This document shows positions 37,660-58,093 of a stretch of 64,000 nt of DNA, piece by piece; the stretch's first letter is position 1, and each line of letters starts with the position of its first letter. The DNA lies in contig CM022672.1 in the NCBI GenBank assembly GCA_012295275.1, forward strand, positions 29,884,001-29,948,000, read 5' to 3'. Under the pieces are notes generated by a model that was not told the origin of the DNA, did not search any database, and saw only the letters and a program-made list of their open reading frames with translations. The DNA is from Chrysomallon squamiferum (lineage: Eukaryota > Animalia > Mollusca). Position numbers and translations under genes: made by a program.

Positions 37660-38545
37660 ATACCTAATGTCGAAAGAGTCATTAATCGAGGCAACGACCC
37701 CTTCTAGACACCAGTGTTTTAAGAATTTTTCTCTTCTGCTGGGCCGTTCTAATGCCGCAAAGTATTCAGTTTCAACCCTTGATTATACTAAGTGTTTAAA
37801 AAGTGTCATTTCTTTTCATGGCTTATCTCCCTTTAATAATTTTCGTGTAGTCCAAATTACCCTCATAGCTTTACTCCAGAGAAAAATCTCTAAATTCGAA
37901 GCATAGTTGCCAGGTTAGTGTTTAATTCCAAAAATCATTCTATATGGATTTAGTTTGAACTAGGTGCCAAAAAGTTGTTTAAAAATGGGTTCAGTACATT
38001 TAATAAATGATGTAGTTTTGCAGTAGTTAAAAAAAGGCATGCAAGACCGAGTCCACCCCGTAGCACACTAGGCACTGTGGAATCGCCTCAATCTTCCAGT
38101 CATAAAGATGTTTTCTAACTGCAACACGATGTCTAATAATTTGATAAATTAAACCATAGTCATTATTTTCAATTAAGCCAGAGTTTAATGTCTGCCAATA
38201 AATCCGCCATTTTACCAGTTTACAAGTGACGTCATGAGTTCACTTTCATGTTACAGTTTAAATGCGGTCATGACATTTACGTAAGTCAAAGCATCACGAA
38301 GCCGGAAATATATCGATCTCTTCTTGTTCGAACATCGTGTGAAAATAAATCACAATTTGTTTCCAATCGATAGTCTGTGTACAAACCCGTACATTCCATG
38401 ACGTCAGTATTTTCAAAAGACAGGAACCGTAATTCATCATGGAACCTGTCGGTAATGACCCCTGTATAAACGTGATTTCCAAGTCAAGGCAGATTAAACG
38501 GGGTAAATGGCGTGATTTTTGCAATAATTGTTCTGGAATTTGATT
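37660..38545 (-). mobile_element. Degenerate L1/Tx1-like ORF2 C-terminal fragment
   Basis: Paralogous to 9090-9960. Confidence 0.6.
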
Positions 38546-38587
38546 GCATTTATTATTATTATTAAATACTAGTACTACTACTACTAG

Positions 38588-38635
<48 letters not shown>

Positions 38636-38869
38636 AACTATTATATGATGATTATTATTACTAATATTATTATTATTCCCATTACAACTATCATTACTAG
38701 TATCACTGTTATTATTACTAATACTATTTTTATTATTACTATTGCTATAACAGCTATTAGTGGTGTTGGTGTTGTTACAGATTCTTATTGGTATGACCTG
38801 TACCCAGGTCAATCTGAAAGAGAAATTTGACTAGAAGAGTCACAGCGATCTTACCTGATGTCAGACGCC

Positions 38870-39560
38870 TCGTCTCATGGATAACTTTACAGAAAATAAT
38901 GCGTGGTCTTAATGGAAAATTCAGTAATTTCGGAAAATGTGAATGTTGCCCCACAGTTCTTCTGCTTGGACATGACTCGCCAGTATTCAGACCACAGCAA
39001 CACGTTGCGTTGCTGATTCCAAGGAACGTTTTGAAGGATTCTGGCTGCAAAGGAGTCTGATAGTTTTATGCTAATGAATGACACAACGAGCTGCTGCTGG
39101 AATAATGGAAGGACAGTCGGGCTGATTCTGTTAAAAGTGACCACTAAAGACTTCACCTTTCCATACATTCCTCCCCACACCTTGACACACCCTCCACCAC
39201 AAGGCACGACCTCCTGAACCGAACCAGTCGTCCCATTCGTTCTCTTCTTCTACGGTAAACACGCCATCTTACATCAATTCTAAATAAACACAACTTGCTT
39301 TTATCAGTGAACAATACCCTCTGCCAGATGTTACGTCTGCAAACACCGGTCCTCAAGTTGCAGTGTCACTCTTGGTCTCCCTGTCCTTGTCTGTCTGATG
39401 CAGCTTTTCTCTTTAAGCTTTCAGCATAGTACGGGAACAAACAAAGATTCTTGTGACAAAGGCACAGACAGCCTTGTCCTGTGCCAGACCCACGGCTTGT
39501 TTGACGTTGTTACAGTTGTCATTCGTGGCAGACTTCGGGTGATTTTGTGGCCACTGTAGA
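38870..39560 (-). mobile_element. Decayed Tc1-family transposase
   Basis: WQRVLFTDKSKLCLFRIDVRWRVYRRRRER; CGGGCVKVWGGM; N-terminal HTH-like AVGLAQDKAVCAFVTRIFVCSRT. Confidence 0.8.
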
Positions 39561-39816
39561 TATGTGATATGTGTGATATACCGTCTACGTCGACTTTGTA
39601 CATTAGTTGCATGTGTCATTACTGATCTTCATAAGGCACGTGCGTGCTTTTCACTTTTTCGCCCATTCTCATCATAAACGGCGTGACGTAGATCATTATT
39701 CTTCAGTGATTGTTGTTACGTTTGGGCTTTGTGTTTTGGACTGATTAAATTTCATCTTGTTTTCTTTTTTTCTAAAATTTCATTTATGCAGTGGTAAAAG
39801 TTCTTCTGGCCATCTT

Positions 39817-39873
<57 letters not shown>

Positions 39874-40338
39874 ACATGTACACACACAAACACAGAGACA
39901 CACAGAACTGTTGTCATAGCAACAAGAAAAAGATTAACACTATTATGGTTTTTGTTCTCACATCGACAGTATCTATTTATTACAATATTTTATAAACATC
40001 ATTGAATTTCCATAAATCTTTATTATCATGTTTACTCGAACTGCAAATTTCTATAGCATAGCATTATTGAACTATTTGAATTGAATGTACATGTAAGTTG
40101 TGAATGGATGAACAAATACAAAGCAGAAACTGACTAACACTGCTGTCTGACAGAGAGCAACCCAGAACAACTTGTACAAGCCGAGCGTAGGTAAAACATC
40201 GATGTAACGTATCACATAATTTGCATATAAAATATTTATCGCTGCTAATCAATAACGAAGAACTGTTCTCTGATTTTGTAACAAGTAATTACAAGACCAT
40301 ATATATTCATCAAAATTTATGAAAGAGACTATTTACAG

Positions 40339-40485
<147 letters not shown>

Positions 40486-41521
40486 CAATATTTTATAATA
40501 TTTAATATTTTATCCAGAATTGTAACCCCATTGATTTTTCATGCGAATCCCCAATTTGTAGAGGATCCTCTTTTGTCTTAACCTCATTAATTAACATGTT
40601 AACACTAACACTGCCACGCTCAACCAAGCCGAATTTTGAGCTCTTCACCTCTGATAGTGAGCTTCGACTTCAAATACTGTCAGCAAGCTTTGAAATAATT
40701 AAATTCTGTCTCTGCTCCACCATTTTTCTTTTGTTATGAAGTCATTGTATTCAGGCCAAACCGATTCATTCTACTGTTTCTAATAATGTATCGGGGGGGG
40801 TATATAATTATCAGTTCTCTACATTCTATACAATGACGTCATGAATAGAATTCTGGAGGTTCAAAATGGCAGTCATTTTTTATTAGCGATGAGAGATCGG
40901 TCAAAACAAATAAATAACAAGTTGTTACAATATAAAGAAACCTTAAAACTATATGCGCACACCTTCTCTGTTTGACTCAATCGATAAGAATGGGTCGCGA
41001 AGTCATTTTCTGATTCTGCTATTAATATTATTAGCACACTACGGTCATGATATATTTTCAAAGGAACAGCAGGAATAGGAATCGATCTGACGACCTATTA
41101 CGCCCTGGGCAAAGCTTTTGACCACGAATGTTAACATTATTTTTATCTACTTAGACTGTCCTGCATTGTTGTAACTGTTTTCTGAGTGTTTATATTAGAT
41201 CGTTATGTGAGTTTTTACTTAGCTGATATGGATCAAATTGATCAAGACACAAGCAAAGAAACATGACGGTATTTTATTATTTTGTTGTCTCAAACGTCTT
41301 GTGTTCCTCTCCATAAGACCTCTACGTCATAGCAATCCTTACACATAATCTAATCAATAAATTATGCTTACCAGAAAAAGAAATTATTTATCTTGTCGTT
41401 ATTTTAAACAGACTTTTATCGTTAAATAAAAATGTCATTTTATACGTTGTGGTTTTTAACCATTCACGTCTAGACCGCATGTGCACAGCATTTATATAAT
41501 TGCTATTCTACATCATCAGTA

Positions 41522-41579
<58 letters not shown>

Positions 41580-41668
41580 TATCTGTTATTTTTTTATTAT
41601 TATTATTATAATTATCTGTTATTTATTTATTTATTTATTTATAATATTATTATTATTATTATTATTAT

Positions 41669-41721
<53 letters not shown>

Positions 41722-42272
41722 ATGATATAAATGTGATAGTTATTTAACGCTAATTTATGAAACTATTATTAGCACAAACTCAGGTCTGCATAGAATATTT
41801 ACACTAACACTAATATAACAGGAAAACAGTATTAAATCAAATACGTTAATGTCTGTTTAACTGTACATCATCTTAATATGTACACATTAACTTCCGTGTT
41901 CAACTTGTGAGCAGCAAAATAATTGATGCTTCACAAAACAGAAGAAAATAAAAGATTTTTTTATTATTGTGATTATTTGTTGTTTTATAAACACAGTGAC
42001 AATATCGAATATCGATTTACGTCTTTTTATTGCTGTTGAAAATCATTAATTTTGTATTTTTCGTCACATTAATCTTTTGTGTCACTGCAAAAATACTAAA
42101 AGTGAAAGAGCATGTTCTATTTATTGTGAAATACTTTTGTCCAGAAGACTTATCAGGCTGTTTGTCATAATCTCTCTTATCATCTACTGGACTCAGGAGA
42201 ACGCAAAAGCTTATACGTGCTTCTAAGCGTGTACTGGATATGTGCTATTACCTACGTATTATACGGTACGTT

Positions 42273-42346
<74 letters not shown>

Positions 42347-42545
42347 GTGTTTATTCATTTATTTTTTTATCTATTTATTTATTTATTATTTATTCGTTCA
42401 CTTATTTGTTATTATTTATTTGATGAGATTTTTATTATCATCATTGTTGATTTTCTTCTTTCATTTAATTATCTCTGGTTTCTTTTTCGTTCATTTTCCT
42501 CTTTGATTTGTTGTTTTTCTTTTGTGTTTTTGGCAGTTTTTGGTT

Positions 42546-42578
<33 letters not shown>

Positions 42579-42775
42579 CTGTATTTATATATCTTTCTTC
42601 CTTTAATTTTCTTCCATTTATTTATTCATCTATCTATCTGTCTGACTGTCTATCTATCTATTTATTTATTTATCTAACTTTTTGTTATCTTTCATTTCTA
42701 TTTCTTTCTGTACTTAGCTAATTTAGCTTTTTTATATTTACTTTAATTTCTTCAATTTTTTAAAATTGTATTCTG

Positions 42776-42865
<90 letters not shown>

Positions 42866-42942
42866 CCGCTTTAAAATATTTATGGTTTGGTCTACATTGA
42901 CCGTATATTTCAGTAATGAAACTGTTTTAATATTCGTTACAG

Positions 42943-49885
<6,943 letters not shown>

Positions 49886-51894
49886 ACTTGTCAGTTAAAC
49901 TGTATAAGAAATCAGAACTTTTCACTCGATGTCTTTGGTAATTTTTCCAGTTTTGGATCGAAGCTCGTTGTTGAAATGTGCGAAATTTTCTTTCACTCTT
50001 TCTCAAGTTTCCACTCTTATTGTCAGCCAAATACTTTTATTTATCTATTTATGTTTAACTCTTTCTTAAAATAACGTTGCTTGTCTAACCGTCACTTTAG
50101 AATAATGCTGAATGTTCGCTGACTTCGTAAAACTTTATCAGGTTGTAAAAATAAATTACTTTATTAAAAAATAAATATTAAATAACTAAAAATTAAATGT
50201 TACATATTCTACCACAACACAGATTGTGTATAGTATCAGTAGATATGCTGTAAGAACTCGTTTATTTCACAAAATTCACTGTCATTCATTAGTGTTGAAG
50301 ACATTACGAAGTATAACCACGATAAAATCTCGACAAACGTTTCAAAACGTGCCTCTCATACTAAATTATTCATACACTTTATACATTTACTATATTTCAC
50401 GTATAACTAACATATCGATCCCCAGTCATTTATATTCGCATCATTTGCTAGTCCGAGTATCCTCTGGCGGAGAACAGCTCAGACGGACATTTTTCTGGAT
50501 ATCGCTGGTTCTCCGCCAGATATAAATCTTTATCGTTTTTTGTCAGATCTTTGTCTACAATATGGCTAACACCGATTCGACCACTATGTTTTCGTTTTAC
50601 ATTCCTCTAGATTAGTGATTTTCTAGTTCGCTGCTGCCATAAAAAGTAACATGCAGTCGTACTTGTTACAAAGTACTAGAAGAAACATGAGATTTCTGTC
50701 ATGACCGAGGTTGATTCAAACATGTCCGAATATTTCCGAATCGGTGATTTATGATAGGTTTCTATTTGGCAAAACCGGATTTATGCACGACTTACTTCGG
50801 TTTTCCAGTCGGTTTTCACGACAGAAAACTATCCTTTATAATATCCTTACGAACTCATCAAACCAAGTTCAATATAATCATTAATATACAGTTAATAATA
50901 TCTTGTGCTTCAATTAATTCCTTTTATAATGCCGATGGAGGAATGTCATGCATTACTAAGTAGGAGAAATAAGATCACGTGACCTATTTTCGGAATTCCC
51001 TTTCGAAACTGTTTTGGTTACAATACAAACCTTAGATAATAATTTTACTGGCTTATTCATGCTGTTTCATAGTATAGATGTTTTTGTTTGGTGTGTGTTT
51101 ATTTTTTATTCCATATTTATTTTTTAATTTTTTTTATTTTTTTTTTTTTTTTTTTTTTTAGTGTATGTGGTTTTTTTATTTTGGGGGTATTATATAATTT
51201 ATAGTTTATATGAAGAAAATTCGCAGTTTAAATTACTTTATATATTTAAACTGTTAATTGTCTTTGTATAAACTTTCTGGTTTCTGTCTCAGAAATGTAA
51301 CAACTTTTGAGCGACATTGTATTTTGTGGTCTACTATGTAACTAGTAAAATGTAACTAACGAAAATAAGGCACATGTTTGGAAAAAGCATCTGAAGACAA
51401 TATTTTAGTTGTCAAATCGTTAGCTTAGGGCGTAATTGAAATCAGAAAGTGTAGCATACTAGTAACTCGGTTTTAAAATATATATCTAAATATAAATTTG
51501 TTTTGTGTCAGAAATGTCGACTTGTGATGGTGTCCACGAAACGAAAACGGGATCCAGAATATTCCACAGAGCGAGGCATGTTCTGTGAACAAGCAATGGT
51601 CACAAACGTGTTTTCAGTTTTTCTTTGACGTCATTTCATGACGTAATGAAAAAGCCTAAGTATTTCGATTATAGAAGATACACATACAGATACGTACAGT
51701 TCTCAATTCACGTAATTACTATATTTTTATTTCGATTCTCGTAGTCCATTCCAGTGGTGGATACCCAAAATTTAATTCTTTTCACCATTCGCTTTTAATC
51801 GTAAAATGTTTGTGTAATGTTCTAAATGTTTCCCTATTTCTCACTGTGACCCTCTTATTTCCGTGTGTGTTTATGGGTGTAGGTGTGTGCACGC

Positions 51895-51955
<61 letters not shown>

Positions 51956-52859
51956 TATACAAAGAAAAATCGATAATGTGAGAGACAACACTAACCACTG
52001 AGCTGTGAATTAATGTTTTTTTTAGGTGTGCGTGTGTGTGAATGTGTATGTATACATGTGTATGTCCATATATATACATGGGTCTCGTGTTAGTATGTTA
52101 TCTTAAATGTACCAAAACACAACGAATTCCCAATTATATGACTACTTAAATTTGTTTTATTAAAATTACTTTATACATAGTTCATATATTTATCTGTGGA
52201 TGTTAAGTATAATACAGATAATATATATATATATATATATATATTAGTGAATATTTTATGTAACTCCAATTGTTCTCATTCCTTTCTGTATTTTCTGTTT
52301 AAAAAATTGGCTTTGCATTATTTTATGGTATATCCATGATATATACATACATATAATTATGTTATCCAGAATAAATATGTGCTTTTATATATTGATATGT
52401 GTGATCCTGACTATATATGTGCTTTTATATATTATTTTTAGTTATATGAATCTGCTGTTTACATAATATTAAATATATTGACTGCAATCAGATGACGAAA
52501 CTGATTGGTATTTCCATAAAATCTCAATACTATTAAAACAATGGTTACATAGCATTTTGTTGTATTTTATTTCATTTTACTTTATTTATTTATTTATTTA
52601 CTTACTTTGTTGTTTTAGTCTCTATGATTAATGGGAGGTTACCTTGAGAACATTAAGGTGCATTTAAAAGATCCCATTTTGTTAAAAGATGTCGGTAATT
52701 TACAGAACTGCAACTACTCCGTTCATTTCCCATATCGTGTTAGATATAATATATAAGCTTCATGGTTTGATTTATGACAGAAAATAAAAATGTTAATATT
52801 AAAGCTTGGTGGGTTTGTTTCTAAACTGATTTGTTTTTATTAGTAGGATTACTATTCAG

Positions 52860-53310
52860 GCTAAAGCCTGTTAATGTGTTATTAATATTTTGTTATATAA
52901 CAGAAAATAACATTTGCATATAAAGCCTCTTAAAATATTAGTCACAGCATTTTTTATATAACAGAAAATAGCATTTCCATATAAAGCCTGTTAAAATATT
53001 ATTTATAATCTTTTAATATAGCAGAACATATTTACATCTGAAGTCTCTTAAAATATTATTCACAATTTTTTTTAATATAACAGTAAATAATATTTACATC
53101 TAAAGCTTCATAAAATGTATATAATATATATATATATATTAATATAACAGAAGATAAAATGTAACTGTAAAGACTTAAAATATTTGTGATTTTAAAATTA
53201 ATATTGTAAACACCTGTTCAAATATTATTCAGAAAATATTTAATGGAAACAAACAATATTTACATCATTTTTAGATCATATTTAGATCTAAAACCTGTTA
53301 AAATATCATT
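52860..53310. repeat. Degenerate ~60-bp AT-rich minisatellite
   Basis: Recurring TAAAGCCTGTTAAAATATTATT...AATATAACAGAAAATAA..ATTTACATC at ~60-bp spacing; at least 5 units. Confidence 0.65.
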
Positions 53311-54466
53311 CATAAATTAGTTTTTATTTTGATATTATTAAACTTTATGAAGCTTTATTTGGTGCAGGAACAAATCTGTAATTTGAGGATAAATTTAACT
53401 GCAAGTATTATGCTTCTTGCATTGAAACTTCACAAAGAATTTTGTTAAGTTGTTATAATCATAAATATAATTTGTAATATACTTTCTTAAATAATAATAT
53501 GAGCAACAACAACAATAGTAATAATAATATTAATTAATGAATTAATGAAAATTAAACAATAAAAAACATTAACAGTACTTAGAAATAAATAAAATTAAAA
53601 CATGAATATATAACATTAACATGAAGAAAAAAGCATAAACAATTACATTGACACCTATAAGGAAATGTTTAAGCATTATAAATAATAAATAATAGCAAAA
53701 AACATAACATGAAAAAAGCAAAAAGTAACAGTAAAAGTTAAATAAATGTTTTACACGCTATTAAAACACATTAATTCCAATTAGACGCAATATCTGTTTA
53801 CAGTGTTGCCATACTACCATTTTGCTTGTTTTGTGAACTTGAACTTGATTAGTTCGTCTAATAATAACAGCCAATAGAAACTGAGTTAGTATTTCATTTT
53901 TCTTTCGGAAGTTGGAATCCAGACTATTCATCCGGTCTCACATTTGTTTACAGAATAATAGATTTCATAATCACCATACTAGTATTTAATATTAAATAAA
54001 TTACTTTCTAATAGTGTCTTTTATGGATTGCACCATTTACTATTTACAAAATTTAAATGACAAAAAAGATACAATAAATTAATTATTGTCCTTTATAACT
54101 ATTTTCTATACATTTTGATACGTCATAATATCGTCTGCTCTATTGCTGGTCACTCGTGTGGTGTTTAGTGAGAAGTTGATGGACTTTGAACGTCGTTTAA
54201 AAACTTTCATTTGTATGACCTGGTAACGTGAATTTTGTAATATATATCATTATAAACCAAGAATTAAGCTAATCCAACCATTTTTATTAAAAATATTGAG
54301 AATAATATGGAAATCAACCAGTATGTTGAAGTTTCATTGCTTACAATTTTATAAGGATTAGTCATGAAATTTGTGTGGGTTTGGTGAAAAGAAAAGAAAA
54401 TGTCAAGGGTGTAACCTTCACCTTCCAGTTTTTAATTTAACAGAAATCTGGACGTCTTTAATTATT

Positions 54467-57267
54467 ATGGATAACACAGAAACTATAAAGTACAAAATTA
54501 CATTTCCTGATGGCGATGTGAATACACCATTCGACGAACATAAACTGACGCTTGTGGAAAAGGCCTTACAGAAACGGGTCCCTGTAGTAATTTTACTAGG
54601 ATGGGCAGGATGTACAGAGAAACATCTCTCCAAGTACAGCGCTGTTTACGAGCAACGGAGGTAAATTTATTTATTTATTTATTATTTATTTATTTATCTC
54701 GCTCTTTTATCCCTTCATCCTTTTAGTGTTTTAAAGATTTAAAGAAATGACATTATTATTTAATCATCATCATCACCATACTCATTCTTATTATTATTAG
54801 TTAAAATAGAAATATAATTAAGAAAAAAGCATTATAAAAGTTTTAAAACCAAATTTATATTAATTGTTATTATATGTTTTATATTGTTATAACTGAGGTA
54901 TGTTATGGCTTCTGTACATGACTACACTATAGTGACATTGTTTATAATTTTGCAGAATACATTGAAAAAAGAGAAAGAGAGAGAGGCATAAATGATCTGG
55001 TTTTGCAGAAATGCTGAAGTAATACACTGAATCCTTTTATTCAGTTGTAAAATGAGCCTTAACCTTGTTATCTGACCATGATTTAGACCAGGAGCGGGTA
55101 AACTCCGGTCTGGGGACCGAATCCACCCTGAGAACAGTTATTGCCTGGCCAGCCAAACTGTTCACAGTTAACATTATATTGCCATCCAGCCCACAAGACA
55201 CCAAAATAAAATTCAATGAAATAAAGTCAGTTGACACAGCTTATTTTTTTATTCAAGTCGCACTCAAGTTTAAAAGTTAAGGGGTCTGTAAGGCACCCAT
55301 CAAATCAATAGTTCCGATATCCGTTAAAAATGAATTTACTTTTTACATAAAATACATGTTTTGAAATCTTTTTTGTTCTCATTTCATATTCAGGCCCTCG
55401 TAGTCTTCCTATAAGATCCATCCGGCCCCAGTTTTAAAAAGTCAGACCTTTCATTAAATTTATGAATCACAGAAATTATTTTTTGTTGCAGCTGAGAAAT
55501 AAGCTATAATCTGCCACTGATGCATAATAACTTCTGATAATCTTGTATGTCAGTATGGATAGACCCAGCAACCTAAGGCAGAACTTACCTGCTCTTAATG
55601 ATTGATTTGGATTAATATAATAATTATAAAAACTAATTATTTTTAGCTTTCAGGAATTAATAAATATTCTGAAGGTCAACTTTTGGAAATTTTGTACATA
55701 TTGAACAATATCAAATTATATGCTGTTGGTGTATGTGTTAACAAGTACATTGGTATGTTTAATTAGTAAAACAGGATAAATGTTGTGGAGTTTATGAATA
55801 TATTATGTTTTAAATAGATGTTTTTTTTGTTTTTTGTTTGTTACAACAGCATATTGTAGCTGATAGTATATATTAACTTTACATTTTATGTTGTATATAT
55901 ATATATAATATATTTCTCTCTATATATATACTGAGTGTGAATATAAAGATTTTTGCAGTAAGTACATCTATAATCTAAATATCTCAACTGATGGGTACAT
56001 TCAATCCTGTATACTTCTTCTTACATTCTCAGATTCTGATAGGGTTTGAAACCTGAAAAATTACTTGATGAACAAAACCAGAACATTTCTGTTTATATTC
56101 AAATATGATATGTAGGCATATGATGTAAATGTAAAGTGTTATCTGTTGAAACTACATGACTTAGTAAAAAATTACTCTCAGTTTGACATTTTTTATTTTT
56201 TTAATCATAATTGTTTTCTATACTTTTTGATTTTCATGTAAAGATAAATATCAGTTAAATTCTGATATTTTACAGTGTTTGATTCTCTATTTCTCTTCCT
56301 TTGTAATATAGTTTTTAATTTTTATTGTTTAAAAAAACAAAATTTAAAAAATGAAAATATATTTTTCAAAGAGATACTTATGCATACATTATGTATATGT
56401 TTAAATATTTGTCTTTTTTCCTTGACCAGTGGTGTCATAGGCAGAACATTTGCTTTTATTTTCCTTCTTTTTTTTTTTTTGGCTATAAGTTGACTACGTT
56501 GTTTACCTTTATGCTTCTTTGTTTTACTTGTTATTATTTTTCTTCTTTAATTTATTTCTTTACTTATATATATATATATATATATTTTTTAATTTTAACT
56601 TCTTTTTTTTTTCAGTTTGATCACAATCCAGTACATAGCTCCAACCAAATATCTATTTTTTGGCGGTGCTGAGAAACTGAAAAACTTTTCTAAACAACTG
56701 TTGGATGTTTTATTTGAGTACAGCCTGGAAGAAAATCCTCTCTTTTTTCACATCATGAGCAATGGTGGCGGTGTCATCTACAACAACATAACAACATGGA
56801 TTCATTCGTCTGAGAAATACAGTAAACTCCAAATTCGAGGATGCATTTTCGACAGCTGTCCCGGCAAACGACGTATCCTAAAAGCTGTCAAAGCATACAT
56901 GACATCCCTAAGAGTGAACTTCTTACTTAAATATTTGCTTGGCCTTTGTCTTCTGTTTATACTTGTTGCTATGAAAATAATTACTAAACTTTTCCACTGT
57001 TTTAAAAACATGGCCAAGTCGTTTGTGTTGTTTGATGAACTTGCTCAAGATGAATCAAGATGTCCACAGTTGTTTCTGTTTTCTCATAAAGATAATGTTA
57101 TTCTTAGCTGTGATATTGAGGAGTTTATCGCACAAAGACTGATGCGTGGTGTTAAAGTTTATCGCATGTGTTGGGATGATACTGATCATGTTGCCCACTT
57201 AATTACACATCGAGAGGCATACATTAAACAGTGTCATGACTTTATTAATACGTGTTTACATCAGTAA
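54467..57267 (+). CDS. TMEM53: Transmembrane protein 53 homologue (DUF829 family), 281 aa; exons 54467-54660, 56616-57267
   Basis: Family motifs PVVILLGWAGC..KHLSKYS, FFHIMSNGG, IFDSCPG, PQLFLFSHKD, W....HVAH...H.EAY. The phase-2 intron (AG|GTAAAT ... TTCAG|T) joins in frame. Confidence 0.9.
55089..55452. mobile_element. Possible degenerate hAT (Charlie-like) non-autonomous element in the TMEM53 intron
   Basis: GC-richer ends CAGGAGCGGGTAAACTCCGGTCTGGGGACCGAATCC and TCCGGCCCCAGTTTTAAAAAGT resemble Charlie-type termini. No clean TIR or TSD. Confidence 0.35.
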
Positions 57268-57285
57268 TTATTTTATACTGATATA

Positions 57286-57814
57286 CAGGATATCCCAGAA
57301 GTCATCATCTGTTTTAAGAATTAGTAGAAATTTTTGAAAAAATAACTAAAGCATAAGAAATAATACACTGAAACAGAATCATATGTTATTAAATAAATGG
57401 AGGAATTCAAATGGCCAAAAATGTAATTATTGGATTCTACATGGCTGCCATCAGTGTCTGTATATATCTTGAAGCAAACAGTATTTTATGAAATATATTT
57501 TCAAGCATCTACGGAGTGACTTATTGAACTGATTTCATAATGTGATTAAAAAGATCAGCTAGATCTGCAGTTGTCCTGTGGATTTACTCAGATGTAATGA
57601 AACCCAAAGCAAAACCATCTAAGGGAGGTAAATCAGGTCAACATGCTGTCAGTGGTTAACGTCCTCCATAATCAAATCCAACAACCAGAAAAACAGTTCG
57701 GGTAATGGCATACACATGCTATTTGTTGTGGGACACATGTACTCTGCATCTTTTAGTTGGTTTTCTAAATGTTGTTTGTTTCTCAAAATACATGATGACT
57801 TTTTAGATATCCTG
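57286..57814 (-). mobile_element. Non-autonomous Tc1/mariner-superfamily deletion derivative (529 bp)
   Basis: Imperfect ~34-bp TIRs (CAGGATATCCCAGAAGTCATCATCTGTTTT ... AAAATACATGATGACTTTTTAGATATCCTG), flanked by TA on both sides. Internal minus-strand remnants PDLPPLDGFALGF (~SPDLTPLDFFLWG) and TDGSHVE (~DGGHFE). Confidence 0.8.
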
Positions 57815-58050
57815 TATCAAAAATATTAAACGTTCCATCTCACTATGTGATATATAATGACAATCCATGTAAAACATTGAGAGAAAAATTGCTTTTTTGT
57901 TTTGTTCACAGTATGGTATTTTAACTGTTGTAAAAGTAGGTGATATCTTTGCTGTGCACACCATATAGAATTGGACTAAAACTAGACTAAAATATAATAT
58001 ATAAAATTTTGCCATTATACTATTTTATATAGTTAATTAATATATGTTTG

Positions 58051-58093
<43 letters not shown>

